DNA from: Chiloscyllium plagiosum
Taxonomy: Eukaryota
Reading direction: 5' to 3'
Length of the DNA: 60,956 nucleotides
Assembly: GCF_004010195.1 (NCBI RefSeq)
Contig: NC_057720.1
Coordinates: 34,449,453 to 34,510,408, forward strand
Made by a program: the position numbers and the translations under genes. The notes below the pieces were generated by a model. It ran no database searches, had not been told where the DNA came from, and saw only the letters and a list, made by a program, of their open reading frames with translations. Of the stretch, positions 49,187-60,956 are shown one piece after another. The first letter of the stretch is position 1, and each line of letters begins with the position of its first letter.

Positions 49187-51686
49187 CATAAGAAATAGGA
49201 GTGGAAATAAGGCCATTCAGGCAATCAAGTCCACTCCGCCAATCAATCATGGCTGATGGGCATTTCAATACCACTTACACTTCCCCGTATCTCTTAATTC
49301 CTTGCGAGATTAAGAATTTATCAATCTCTGCCTTGAAGACATTTAACGTCACAGCCTCCACTGTGCTTCGAGGCAATGAATTCCACAGCGCACACTCTCT
49401 GGCTGAAGAAATGTTTCCTCATTTCCATTCTAAATTGACCCCCTCTAATTCTAAGGCTGTGCTCACGAGTCCTAGTATCCCCGCTTGACGGAAACTATTT
49501 CCCAGCGTCCACCCTTTCTAAGCCATGCAATATCTTGTACATTTCTATTAGATCTCCCCTCAACCTTCTAAACTCTAATGAATATAATCCCAGGATCCTC
49601 AGCCGTTCATCATATGTTAGGCCTACCATTCCAGGGATCATCCATTTGAATCTCTGCTGAACACGCTCCAGTGTCCTTCCTGAGGTGTGGAGCCTAAAAC
49701 TGGGCACAGTATTCTAAATGGGACCTAGCCAGAGTTTTATAAAGTCTCCGTAGCGCAACACTGCTTTTACATTCCAACCCTCTTGAGCTAAATGGCAACA
49801 TTACATTTGTTTCCTTAACCACGGTCTCAACCTGCAAGTCAACGTTTAGAGAATCCCGTACAAGCACTCCCAGATCCCTTTGTACTTTGGCTTTATGAAT
49901 TTTCTCACCATTTATAAAATAGTCCAAGCCTGTGTTCTTTTTTCCAAATTGTAAGACCTTGCATTTGCTCACATTGAATTTCATCAGCCATTTCTTGGAC
50001 CATTCTCCTAAATTGTCTCCTAAATTGTAGCCTCCCCACCTCCTCAGAACTACTGCCTGTCCACCTAACTTTGTATCATTGGCGAACTTCGCCAGATTGC
50101 CCCCAGTCTCTTCGACCAGATCATTTATATATAAAGTGAACAGCTGCAGCCCCAATACTGAACCCTGTGGGACACCACTGGTCACCAGCTGCCATTCTGA
50201 AAAAGAACCTTTTATCCCAACTTTGTTTTCTGTTAGACAGCTAATTGTCAATCCATGCCAGTAGCTCACCTTGAACACCATGGGCCTTCACCTTACTCAG
50301 CAGCCTCCCATGAGGCACCTTATCAAAGGCCTTTTGGAAATCTCGGTAGATAACATCCACTGAGTTTCCCAGGTCTAACCTACTTGTTACCTCTTCAAAG
50401 AATTCTAACAGGTTTGTCAGGCATGACTTCCCTTTCTAAATCCATGCTGACTTGTTCTAATCCGGCCCTGCATTTCCAAGAATTTAGAAATCTCATCCTT
50501 AACGATGGATTCTGGAATTTTACCTACAACCCAGGTTAGGCTAATCGGCCTATAATTTTCCATCTTTTGTCTTGATCCTTTCTTGAACAATGGGGTTACA
50601 ACAGTGATTTTCCAATTATCTGGGATGCTCCCTGCCTCCAGTGATTTTTGAAAGATTACAACCAATGCCTCAGCTATTTCTTCAGCCACCTCCTTCAGAA
50701 CTCTAGAATGTAGCACATCGGGGCCAGGAGATTTATCAATTTTTAGATCTTTTAGCTTTTCAAATACTTTCTGTTTTGTAATGGTCACCATACGCAAGTC
50801 TGCCCCTTGACTCTCCTTAATTGTTGGGATATTACTCATGTCTTCCACTGTGAAGACTGACACCAAACATTTATTAAGTTTTTCAGCTATTTCCTTATCT
50901 CCCACCAATAGCCTTCCTGCATCAACTTGGAACAGCCCAGTCTCTACTTTTGCCTCTTGTTTGTTTCTTATGTATTGAAAGAAACTTTTACTATCATTTC
51001 TAATATTACTGGCTAGCTCACCTTCATATTTGATCCTCTCCTTCCTTATTTCTCTCTATGTTATCCTCTGTTTGTTTTTGTAGTCTTCCCAGTCTTCTGA
51101 TTTCCCAGTGCTCTTGGCCACTTCATAGGCTCTCTCTGTTTCTGTGATACGTTTCCTGAGTTCCTTCGTCAGCCATGGTTGTCTAATCCCCACCCTCCCC
51201 CAACTGGGTAATCTTTCTTTTCTTTGGGATGTACCTCTGTACTGTGTCCTCAATTACACCTGGAAACTCCTGCCATTGTTGTTCTACTATCTTCCCAACT
51301 AGACTCTGCTTCCAGATGATTTTCATCAGTTCCTCTCTCATGCCCCTGTAGTTATCTTTATTTAACTGCAACACCATTACATCAGATTTTGCCTTCTCTC
51401 TTTCAAACTGCAGACTGAACTCTACCATATTATGATTGCTGCCTCCTAAGTGTTCCCTGACTTTAAGATCTTTTATAAATTCTGGCTCATTTCATAGCAC
51501 GAAGTCCAGAATAGCCTGCTCTCTTGTGGGCTCCATCACAAACTGTTCCAAAAAGCCATCCTGTAAGCATTCCATGAATTCCCTTTCTTTGAATCCACTG
51601 GCCACATAATTCACCCATTCCATTTGCATACTGAAGTCCCCCATGACCACTGCGACCTTACCTTTCTGACATGCCTTATCTATTTC
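49187..51686 (-). mobile_element. CR1 LINE ORF2 remnant (~2.5 kb) inserted just after the integrase Zn finger
   Basis: VVMGDF, DKSPGPD, NYRPISLT, SGVPQGSVLG and KFANDTKLG. The Gypsy frame rejoins as TCQ|VTGK. Confidence 0.93.
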
Positions 51687-52180
51687 CTGACAGGTATGAA
51701 ATGTCCGGCAAAATTCAACCACATCCTTATGCAGTCCAGGCAAGTAAAAATGGTTTTGTATTTTGGCTTGAGTTTTCCTTACTCCTAAATGACCCCCTAC
51801 TGGCAATCGTGTGCTCCCGGCAACACCTCCTTCATATAACTCACCAGTATTACAACTGGATGAACCTCTGTCCATTTCTCATCCACCTGAATATGTGATG
51901 GTCTCTATTTCCTCATCAAGACTTCATTTTTAACATAGTAACATTCTGGGATACACTCGGGTTCTTCTTTTGTATGTGATTTTGATACAACTGCTTTAGT
52001 TTTTCATCCTTCTGTTGTAATTCATTTAATTTTCCACCCCCAGAAAACTCTTAGTGACTAAAAGAGGCACACCCTCATTAAATCAACTGAGTGCAACACC
52101 TGAAATAGAAAACACCAACACTCACCATTCACTGACATTGAGTTCAACAATCCAAAATGAACCTCGAATTAGAGATTTTG

Positions 52181-52198
52181 ATCCCAACAAGAACCCCA
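52181..52198 (-). other. Primer-binding site, probably tRNA-Pro
   Basis: TGGGGTTCTTGTTGGGAT, 3 nt after the LTR end, resembles a CpG-decayed TGGGGGCTCGTCCGGGAT. Confidence 0.6.
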
Positions 52199-52201
52199 AT
52201 T

Positions 52202-52795
52202 TGTTATGGACCAAACCTGATTCCCTCAAAATATATTAAGAAGATAGCATAGACCCCAACTTTTTCTTATTTTAAAGGCAACTGCCAGGTATTTCCTTCC
52301 AGTCGTGAAGCAAAATACACTTTATTCATACGGTATGGTTAAAACACAACAAATGAAAGAAAAAATTGGAATGACTTAATTTTATTGGAAAACTTAACAG
52401 AATAACAGATTATTTAACTACTAAACAGTAACTGTTGCAAAATAATAACACACCTTTAGCAAAGGCAAATTTAGTTAAATAGATTGTTCACATGTAATTC
52501 TCTATTCCAGGAGGAATAACATCAAGACAAAACTCTGAGAGAGTAGCAGAGAGAGCTGCACTGCATCTTCCAAACCCATCTTCAAGAGCCAGCAACAGCT
52601 GCTACTGAAAACTAAAAATCTTTGTACTGTGGGAACTTAACCCCACCCATTCAGGCTGCTTCTATTGTTCCAACCTTAAAGAAAAAGCTCAAGGCCTTAC
52701 AAGCAGTTTACTTTATTGGCTTTGGAGCAGACTGCATTTCACCTCTATCACAATCTTTCTTCATAAAAAAAAGATAAAATCATATTATTGTCACA
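52202..52795 (-). repeat. 5' LTR of the Gmr1-type element (594 bp)
   Basis: TGTGAC ... CATAACA termini, followed by the PBS; homologous to 43153-43346. Confidence 0.85.
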
Positions 52796-53219
52796 CCTGG
52801 ACAGACTATAATACAAATTTGGCAGTTTCATCAGAGATCATAATGATTAATGGACCATGTAGGTGTTGTTGCTATTAAGAATAAGCATAATGATTAATCG
52901 ACCAAAATGATGTTGTTGTTATTGGTGTTGCAAAGCTGACCCGGGTCTTAGCATGTTAGGAGCATGCTTTATACTACACCTACTTTTCTCTATCATTGTC
53001 TTCAAATCAAATTAGGTAAGAGAGTTGAATATCCAAGCACAATTCTTTTTGTCTAGAAGTCCTAGAAATGCTTAAAAACTGGTGAATGGAGATTGTTACA
53101 AATGCACATATTATAGAAATATTTTTAGTTTGAAAATATTCATTTTTAAGCATAGGCTTAATGTAAGGATACTGGGTCTGGAAAGCTTTTTAAAATGATG
53201 ATCATGCAGAGCAAGCGAG

Positions 53220-53780
53220 AAAACAATAAGAAACAGGAACAGGAGTAGGCTGTTTGGCCTTTGAAGCATGCTCCACTATTCAATAGGATCATGGCTGATG
53301 GCACTTTTCTGCCCTTTCCCTATCACACTTAATTCCCCTGTTGATCAAGAAACTATCTCAGCCTTAAATATACACAAGGATTCTGCCTCCACAACTGTCT
53401 ATGATGAGGAGTTCCAAAGACTCAGAACCCTCTGAGACAAGAAATTCCTCCTTATCACAGTCTTAGATTTTGATACTGTCTGCAAGCTTGGCTACAGTAC
53501 ATTTGCTTCAATGTCCCAGGTTATTATTTTATATCGTAAACAGCTATGGTTCCTGCACTGATCTCTGTAGAAATACAACACAGCTACTGGTTCCCATTCT
53601 CGTTGAAAAACACCAATAAATGAGACAGAGTTACCCTTTCATGAAGCCATACTAATTCTGCTGGATTAGGTTATGATCCCCCAAATGTTTGCTATTACTT
53701 CCTTCTTAATTGATTCCAACAATCGGCTAATCAACCTATAATTACCTGCTTTTTGCCTCCAAATGTCATACTGTATTGTT
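53220..53780 (-). mobile_element. Old, internally deleted CR1 remnant
   Basis: CR1 3' UTR plus KAGNYRLISRLLESIKKE. Confidence 0.7.
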
Positions 53781-55064
53781 AGTGAGGAAAGATATTCATA
53801 CCTGGGATTATAGTTGGAATACTGAATATCCCTTGCAGAAAGGCAATCTGTAGGCGTCTCAGAAGAGGCTTTGCAATTATGGTGTAAGATTGGGCAGGTT
53901 TGGGTGTTATTTTTGCAATTTCCCCAGATCAAAAAAGGGTTTGAATTTATCTGGTAAACAGAGAAAGATTTGAAAATATCTATATATGTTTCAGATACAC
54001 GGACAAGTTCAAAATAAAAGATTTATCCTGTTAGTCTGTCCACATCCCTCATGGTTTTGAAAATTTCCATTAAATCTATGCATTTCCTTTTCAAGGAAAG
54101 TAATACTAAAATGCCCAATCTTTCCTCATCATTGAAATGTCTTCTCCCTGAAACCATTCTTGGAAATCTCTTCTGCACTAATCCTTCCAATAGTATGGCT
54201 TAAACATTGCAAAAGATCATTCTGGTCTCAGACTAAAAGTGGAATGGAAAGCAATCTATTCACAATTTTAGTTTTAAAGTATAAATGCTTACAAGATATA
54301 TTTTTAAGAGAACGGAGATCATTCTTTTTCTTTTATCAGGCAATGGTTTTCTTTCAAATATGAAATTTTGTTGCATGGTTAGTTTAGTTAATGACTGGAA
54401 TTTCATATTCCTTTTCACAAGTTACTGAGAGTGCAACAAGATAATCTGAATTAATATCAGACAATCTCAAACTAAAGCATAAATTCTGGAAAGCCCCAAT
54501 GTTTTCTTTGGCAAAAAAGAGTTAAAAGAACAGACCGATAACATTTCCCCTATCTCCCCACTGAGACTACGAACTCCGCTCTGATCAAGGCCCATGTCTG
54601 CAATGTCAATCTACCTTTCCATGAGGTATCAACAGAGTCTATGACTGCACTACTCTCTGAACATCACTCTATCCAGTGAACAGTTAAAGTTCCGTTTGGC
54701 AAAGCTATTAGACTGTAATGAAGTTTTTGCTATGTTTCTCCACCTTGCAACAATGATTATACCTCAGAACTAATCAGCTGTAAAAGCTTTGGGACATTGT
54801 GAGGAAATGAAAAATATTACATAGTGCAAGCTCTTAGTTTTATATAAATGCAGCTCTTTTTTAATTACACTGTTTTTAAATTTAAATGAATTTCCTTTAA
54901 AACAGAATATGTAGAAATTTGAGATGAATGCCTAGCATTTGAAAAATATTATCACAGCAGAATTATTTCAAAGGTTTAAAATATTGTGTTGAGTTTTGCT
55001 TAGGCAAGGCTCATTGGCTTAGCTTTGTATGCTATTTCTAGGTGTTGCAATTTGCTTGCTTTCA

Positions 55065-57435
55065 GTCAAAGAACAAAGAACATTACAGCACAGGAACAGG
55101 CCCTTTGGCCTCCCTATCCTCTATCTAAATCTGCCACCTATTTTCTAAGGATCTGTATCCCTTCACTGCCTGCCCATTCATGTATCTGTCTAGATACATC
55201 TGAAATTATGCTATTGTTCCCACTCCTACCACCTCCGCTGGCAACGCATTCCAGGTCCCACCACCCTCTGCATAAAGAACTTTTCAAATATATCTCCCCT
55301 AAGCTTTTCCCCTCTCACTTTGAACTCGTGACCCCTAGTAATTGAGTCCTCCACTCTGGGAAAATGTTTCTTGATATCCACCCTGTCTATGCCTCTCATG
55401 ATTTTGTAGGCCTTAATCAGGTCCCCGCTCAATCTCCTTCTTTCCAATGAAAATAATCCTAATCTACTCAACCTCTCCTCATAGCTAGCAACCTCCATAC
55501 CAGGCAACATCCTGGTGAACCTCCTCTGCACTCTCTCCAAATCATCCACATCCTTTTGGTAATGTGGCAACCAGAAGTGTATGCAGTATTCCAAATGTGG
55601 CTGAACCAAAGTGTTATACAACTATCACATGACCTGCCAACTGTTCTACTCTATACCCCGTCTGATGAAGGAGAGCATGCCATATGCCTGCTTGACCACT
55701 CTACTGACCTGCATTGCCGCTTTCAGGGAACAATGGACCTGAACACCCAGATCTCTCTGTACATGAATTTTCCCCTGGACTTTTCCATTTACTGTATAGT
55801 TTCCTCTGGAATTGCATCTTCCAAAATGCATCACCTCACATTTGTTCAGATTGAATTCCATCTGCTATTTCTCTGTCCAACTCTCCAGTCTAGCTATATT
55901 CTGCTGTGTTGTCTGACAGTCCCCTTCACTATCTGCTATTCCACCAATCTTAGTGTCATCTGCAAACTTGCTAATCAGGCCACCTATACCTTCCTCCAAA
56001 TCATTTATGTATATCACAAACAACAGCACAGATCCCTGTGGGACACCATAGGTTATAGGTCTCCATTTTGAGAGGCTCCCTTCCACTACTACTCTTTGTC
56101 TCCTCCTGCCCAACCAATTCTCTATCCAGCTAGCTAGAACACCCTGGACCCCCATGTGACTTCAGCTTTTTCATCAGCCTACCATGGGGAATCTTATCAA
56201 ATGCCTTACTAAAGTTCATGTATATGACATCTACATCCCTTCATTCATCAATCAACTTCGTCACCTCTTCAAAGAATTCTATTAGGTTTATATTACATGA
56301 CCTTCCCTGCACAATGCCATGCTGCCTATCACTGATAAGCCAATTTCTTCCAAATGGGTATATATTCTACCCCTTAGTATCTTCTCCAGTAGCTTCCCTA
56401 TCACTGACGTCAGGCTCACAAGTCTGTAATTACGTGGATTATCCCTACTGCCCTTCTTAAACAAGAGGACAACATTAGCAATTCTCCAGTCCTCTGGGAC
56501 CTCACCCGTATTCAATGATGCTGCAAAGATATCTGTTAAAGCCCCAGCTATTTCCTCTCTCACTTCCCTCAGTATCCCATCTGGACCTGGGGATTTGTCT
56601 ACCTTAATGCCTTTTAGAATATACAACACTTCCTCCCTCCTACTTGACCTAGAGTAATCAAAGATCTATATCTAACCTCAACATCTGCCCTATCCCTCTC
56701 CTTGGTGAATACCGATGCAAAGTGCTCATTAAGAATCTCACCCATTTTCTCTGACTCCACGCATATCTTTCCTTCTTTGTCCTTGAGTGGGCCAACCCTT
56801 TCTCTAGTTACTGTCTTGCTCCTTATATATGAATTAAAGGCTTTGGGGTTTTCCTTAACCCTGCTCGCTAAGGATATCTCATGACCCCTTTTAGCCCTCT
56901 TAATTCCTCATTTCAGACTGGTCCTACATTCCCAATGTTCTTCCAAAGCTTCATCTGTCTTCAGTCACTTAGACCTTATGCATGCATTCTTTTTCCACTT
57001 AGATAGTCTCATAATTTTACCTGCTATCCATGGTTCCCTAATCTTGCCAATTCTATTCCTTATTTTCATAGGAACATTTCTCTCCTGAACTCTAATCAAT
57101 CTCTCTTTAAAAGCCTTCCATATATCGAATGTGGATTTCCCTTCAAACAGGAGCTCCCAATCTACATTCCCCAGCTCCTGCTGAATTTTGGTTTAGTCGG
57201 CGTTCCCCTAATTTAGCACTTTTCCTTTTGGACCGCTTTCGTCTTTGTCCATGTGTATTCTAAAACTTATGAACTTGTGATCACTATTCCCAAAGTAATC
57301 CCTCACTAAAACTTCAACCACCTGGCCAGGCTCATTTCCTAATACAGGTTCAGTATGGCCCCTTCCTGAGTTGGACTACTCACATACTGCTTTAGAAAAT
57401 CCTCCTGGGTCCTCCTTACAAATTCTGCTCCATCA
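55065..57435 (-). mobile_element. CR1 LINE ORF2 remnant (~2.4 kb)
   Basis: DKSPGPDG, NYRLVSLTSVIGKLLE, GVPQGSVL, SKFADDTKIGG, PHLEYC and an (AAAGAAC)-type tail. Confidence 0.93.
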
Positions 57436-57969
57436 GGTCAATTATTTCTTCAAAAAGAAATGTGATGCATTAAGCAATGTTAAATAAAAAAAGAGGAGAA
57501 GTGTTGCTTCTTTCTGCAGGCTTGAGAAATAATTTTCCTTGCTGCAGACTATAAGAGCCCAAATAGAAGGGGTTCTGTCTTCAATAAAACCATGGTTTGG
57601 AAATATATGACCTTATGTGAAGTCAATTGACAGTTCTTCATATAATAGTTGAGAGTAGATACCAAACCAACTTCTCCATGACCTGTTTTGGAGGTGATGA
57701 CACCCAGGATAATTTTTAATATAAAAACATCAGCATCAGTTTCTAAGATATTGCTGCTTCGGGAAAATCTCCCCTGGTCTGTTTGTGCTGTGAAGGCACC
57801 AATTAATAGCATATTTGTGCTGTGCCCAGTATTAGAGTGCTGCAAGAAATAAGTGCAGCTGTCACTATCTTTTGTTAGATCTCCTCCAATGGAACTAAGT
57901 ACAGATACAGGTGTGGTATTACTTGCCACAGGTAGAATAGTAGAAACAGGTTGGTTTGGTTAATATCAG

Positions 57970-58520
57970 GAACATAAGAATGTATCAAATAGGAGCAAGG
58001 GCCAGCAATTTGGCCTATTGAGTGCACTCTGCCATTCACAAAGGTCAGGGTTAATCAGATTAAGGCCTCAACTCCACCTTCCTTCATATCCCACATATAA
58101 CTCGATCCCCTTAAAAATCAGAAATCTGTCTAACTTAGCCTTGAATGTGTTTTAATAGTCACTGCTGCTCTCTGGAGTAAATAATTCTTAAAATTAACAA
58201 CCCTCTGAGGCAAGAAATTCCTCTCATCTTGCCCTGATTGTTAGACTCCTTATTCTCAGACTGTGCTCTGTAGTTTTAGATGTCCTGCAAGGTGAAGCTT
58301 CCTCTCAATGTCTACACTGTCAAGTTCCTTCAAAATCTTGCTTTGGTAAGATCAACTCTCATTCCAAGTTCTAATTACTGTAGACCCAGACTGCTTAATC
58401 TCTCCTTGAATGACAACACGGCTTAATCTGATGAACTTTCTTTGAAATGCCTCAATGCAATTCTGTTACTTTCTTTGAAATGCTCGTGTTCCTTTAATAA
58501 ATAAAGAATCCAAAACTGTA
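57970..58520 (-). mobile_element. Old CR1 3' remnant
   Basis: Similar to the tails at 29.55, 49.2 and 53.2 kb. Confidence 0.7.
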
Positions 58521-58629
58521 TGTAAAATTGTTGGGATGGCTTCACCCTTGGCATAAGCAGTTAGTATGTAATGCTATCTTGTTTGATATCTGGTTTGACT
58601 GTGAAATGAATATTATTAATCTGGTAGAA

Positions 58630-59467
58630 TAAAAAAGTATGGCATTGAAAAAGCACAGCAGGTCAGGCAGCATCCGAGGAACAGAACAGTCAATGTTTTG
58701 GGCATAAGTCCTTTATCAGGAATGTAGAGGGGGAAGGAACTGAGAGATAAATAGGGGAGTGGGGGTGGGGCTGAGGGGAAGGTAGTTGGTATGGCGATAG
58801 GTGGATGTAGGTGGGAGGTACTTGTGATAGGTCAGTGGGGAGGGTGGAGTGGATACGTGGGAAGGAGGACGGCCAGGTCAAGAGGGTGGTGCCGAGTTGG
58901 AGGGTTGGATCTGGGATGAGGTGGGAGGAGGGGACATATGGAAACAAGTGAGGTCAATGTCGATGCCGTGTGATTGAAGGGTCTCAAGGCGGAAGATGAG
59001 GCATTCTTTCTCCAGCTGGCAGGTGGCTTTGATTTGGCAGTGAAGGAAGCCCAGGATTTGCATGTTCTTGGGGGAATGTGAGGAGCTGAAGTGATTGGCC
59101 CAAGCATTTCCAAAACCTTCCTCTCCCCACCTCGTCCCAAATGCAACCCTCCAACTCAGCAGTGCCCTCTTGACCTGTTCTACCTGCCCACCTTCCCTCC
59201 CACCTATCTGCTCCACCTTCCCTACTGACCTATCACAATTACCTCCCACCTGCATCCACCTATCACCGTACCACCAACCTTCCCCACAGCCCCACCCCCA
59301 CCCTCCTATTTGTCTCTCTGCTCCTTTGCCCCGCCACATTCCTGATGAAGGGCTTATGCTTGAGACATCGACTATCATCCCCCTTGGATGCTGCCTGACC
59401 TGCTGAACAGTTCCAGCATCATACTTTTTGACTCTAACTCTCCAGCATCTGCAGTCCTCATTTCCTC
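58630..59467. mobile_element. Penelope-derived fold-back element, gap-free
   Basis: Minus arm 58630-59105 (NHFSSSHSPKNMQILGFLHCQ ... ECLIFRLETLQ) and plus arm ~59118-59467 are inverted copies, each with a decayed hammerhead core (58693-58720 -, 59342-59370 +). Confidence 0.85.
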
Positions 59468-59554
59468 TTACTAATCTGGTAGAACTCACACAGACATTTA
59501 AAGATAAAGATTCATTTCAGAGATACCAATGAAAATCTTCATCACAGCTACCAT

Positions 59555-59757
59555 CGAGTCATGTGGTCGTAGAATGTAGAGCATGGAAGCAGACCCTTCG
59601 GTCCAACACATCCATGCTGACTAGATATCCCAACCCAATTTAGTCCCACCAGCCAGCACCCACCCCATATCCCTCCAAACCCTTCCTATTCATATACTCA
59701 TCCAGATGCCTTTTAAATGTTGCAATTGTACTAGCCTCCACCACTTCCTCTGGCAGG
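59555..59757 (-). mobile_element. CR1 LINE 3' end
   Basis: LPEEVVEASTIATFKRHLDEYMNRKG. Confidence 0.88.
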
Positions 59758-60256
59758 AAACAGATATACTTAAAAGGAGACATGGAGATGACACACACCA
59801 CACACATGCTATTACCTAAATTAGCACTAAGCATACAAAAAAAGTGCTACAAACAATATTTTAATCACAAAAGGAGGCCTGGCAAGACACATGCGAATAA
59901 TTCCACCTGACTGCGAAACTGATGGTACGAAGTCAAAAGCATGTATGTTCAGTTTAAAATGGAAAATCTTTTCTGAATATTGAAATAAATTAAAGTGCAA
60001 GCTCAGCTGTCTGAATGGAAAGGCTGGGAGATAGTCTGTTCCAAAACAGATACATGTAACAATTGGCTGTTAAATGGATACCTGAGTTTTGGTTGCTGTT
60101 TTGACAACAATTCAAATTTAACCAATTAGTTTAAATTATGCCTGGGATATAAAAACTCAATCAAGTTTGAATTTATTGCTGTGATGACATCAGACAATTC
60201 ACAGGGGATGATGTTGGGGGTATAAAACCGGGGCATTTTGAAAATTTAGTCAGAGA

Positions 60257-60564
60257 GCGGCACGGTGGCACAGTGGTCAGCACTGCTGCCTCATAGCGCC
60301 AGAGACCCGGGTTCAATTCCCGCTTCAGGCGACTGACTGTGTGGAGTTTGCATGTTCTCCCCGTGTCTGCGTGGGTTTCCTCCAGGTGCTCCGGTTTCCT
60401 CCCACAGTCCAAAGATGCAGGTCAGGTGAATTGGCCATGCTAAATTGCCCGTAGTGTTAGGTAAGGGGTAAATGTAGGGGTATGGGTGGGTTACGCTTCG
60501 GCGGGTCGGTGTGGACTTGTTGGGCCGAAGGGCCTGTTTCCCCACTGTAATGTAATCTAATCTA
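60257..60564 (+). mobile_element. HE1-like V-SINE, young full-length copy
   Basis: A box TGGCACAGTGG, B box GGTTCAATTCC, V-domain and TAATC tail. Confidence 0.95.
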
Positions 60565-60574
60565 AAGAACAACT

Positions 60575-60956
60575 GCCATTGATCACTGATTTGAGAGGGA
60601 GAGGGTAAAATCGGAAGTGACAATATTTCTGTTGAATAAAGGGAACTATGGAGCTATGAGGGAGGAGCTGGCCAAAGTTCAATGGTTCAATACCTTAGCA
60701 GGGATGACAGTGGAGGAGCAATGGCAGATATTTCGGTGTATAATGCAGAAGTTGCAGGATCAGTTCATTCCAAAAAGGAAGAAAGATCCTAGGAGGAGGC
60801 ATGGGTGGCCGTGGCTGACAAGGGAAGTTAAGATACATATAAAGTTAAAAGAGAAAAAGTATAACATAGCAAAAATGAGTGGGAAAACGGAGGACTGGGA
60901 AGCTTTTAAAGAACAAAAGAGGATTACTAAGAAGGAAATACGCAGAGAAAAAATGA
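60575..60956 (+). mobile_element. CR1 ORF2 fragment running off the window end
   Basis: LLNKGNYGAMREELAKVQW ... PWLTREV, homologous to the minus-strand CR1 at about 51.0-51.4 kb. Confidence 0.85.

Larger units (their letters stand above)
43153..52795 (-). mobile_element. Gmr1-type Ty3/Gypsy LTR retrotransposon (INT-RT-RH order), gag/pro deleted, multiply interrupted
   Basis: In order: 5' LTR, PBS, integrase Zn finger (GGHLG ... FCRTFHTCQ, ~51.7 kb), rve core (49.2-48.1 kb), GPY/F-like region (47.9 kb), RT (MPFGMKNA, YIDN, 46.8 kb), RNase H (46.3, 45.4 and 43.6 kb), PPT and 3' LTR. Confidence 0.88.

Noticed and set aside
57549..57929. 126-aa minus-strand ORF in unique sequence
   Set aside because: GTG start, no recognised domain and no supporting splice signals; a BLASTX search would be needed.

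Overview
This is vertebrate genomic DNA, almost certainly from a cartilaginous fish (shark-type HE1/V-SINEs and CR1 LINEs; the species cannot be fixed from the sequence). It is dominated by decayed transposable elements, and no complete protein-coding gene is visible. The likely host feature is the 5' end of an unidentified minus-strand gene: a CpG-retaining promoter and first exon near 38.0-38.3 kb, two candidate ~53-nt UTR exons, and a 312-nt exon at 17649-17960 ending in a Kozak ATG that codes MVDKSSEAML. Upstream of the promoter is a nested LTR complex: a class I ERV gag-pro fragment with a possible 2H-phosphoesterase motif, and a Gmr1-type Gypsy element (INT before RT) split by Penelope, solo-LTR, CR1 and SINE insertions. 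The most interesting signals are many Penelope-derived fold-back elements carrying minimal hammerhead-ribozyme cores on both strands, and two local inverted duplications, one fused to a CR1 tail and inserted into a ribozyme core. All calls are by eye, and TE boundaries are approximate unless junctions are quoted.
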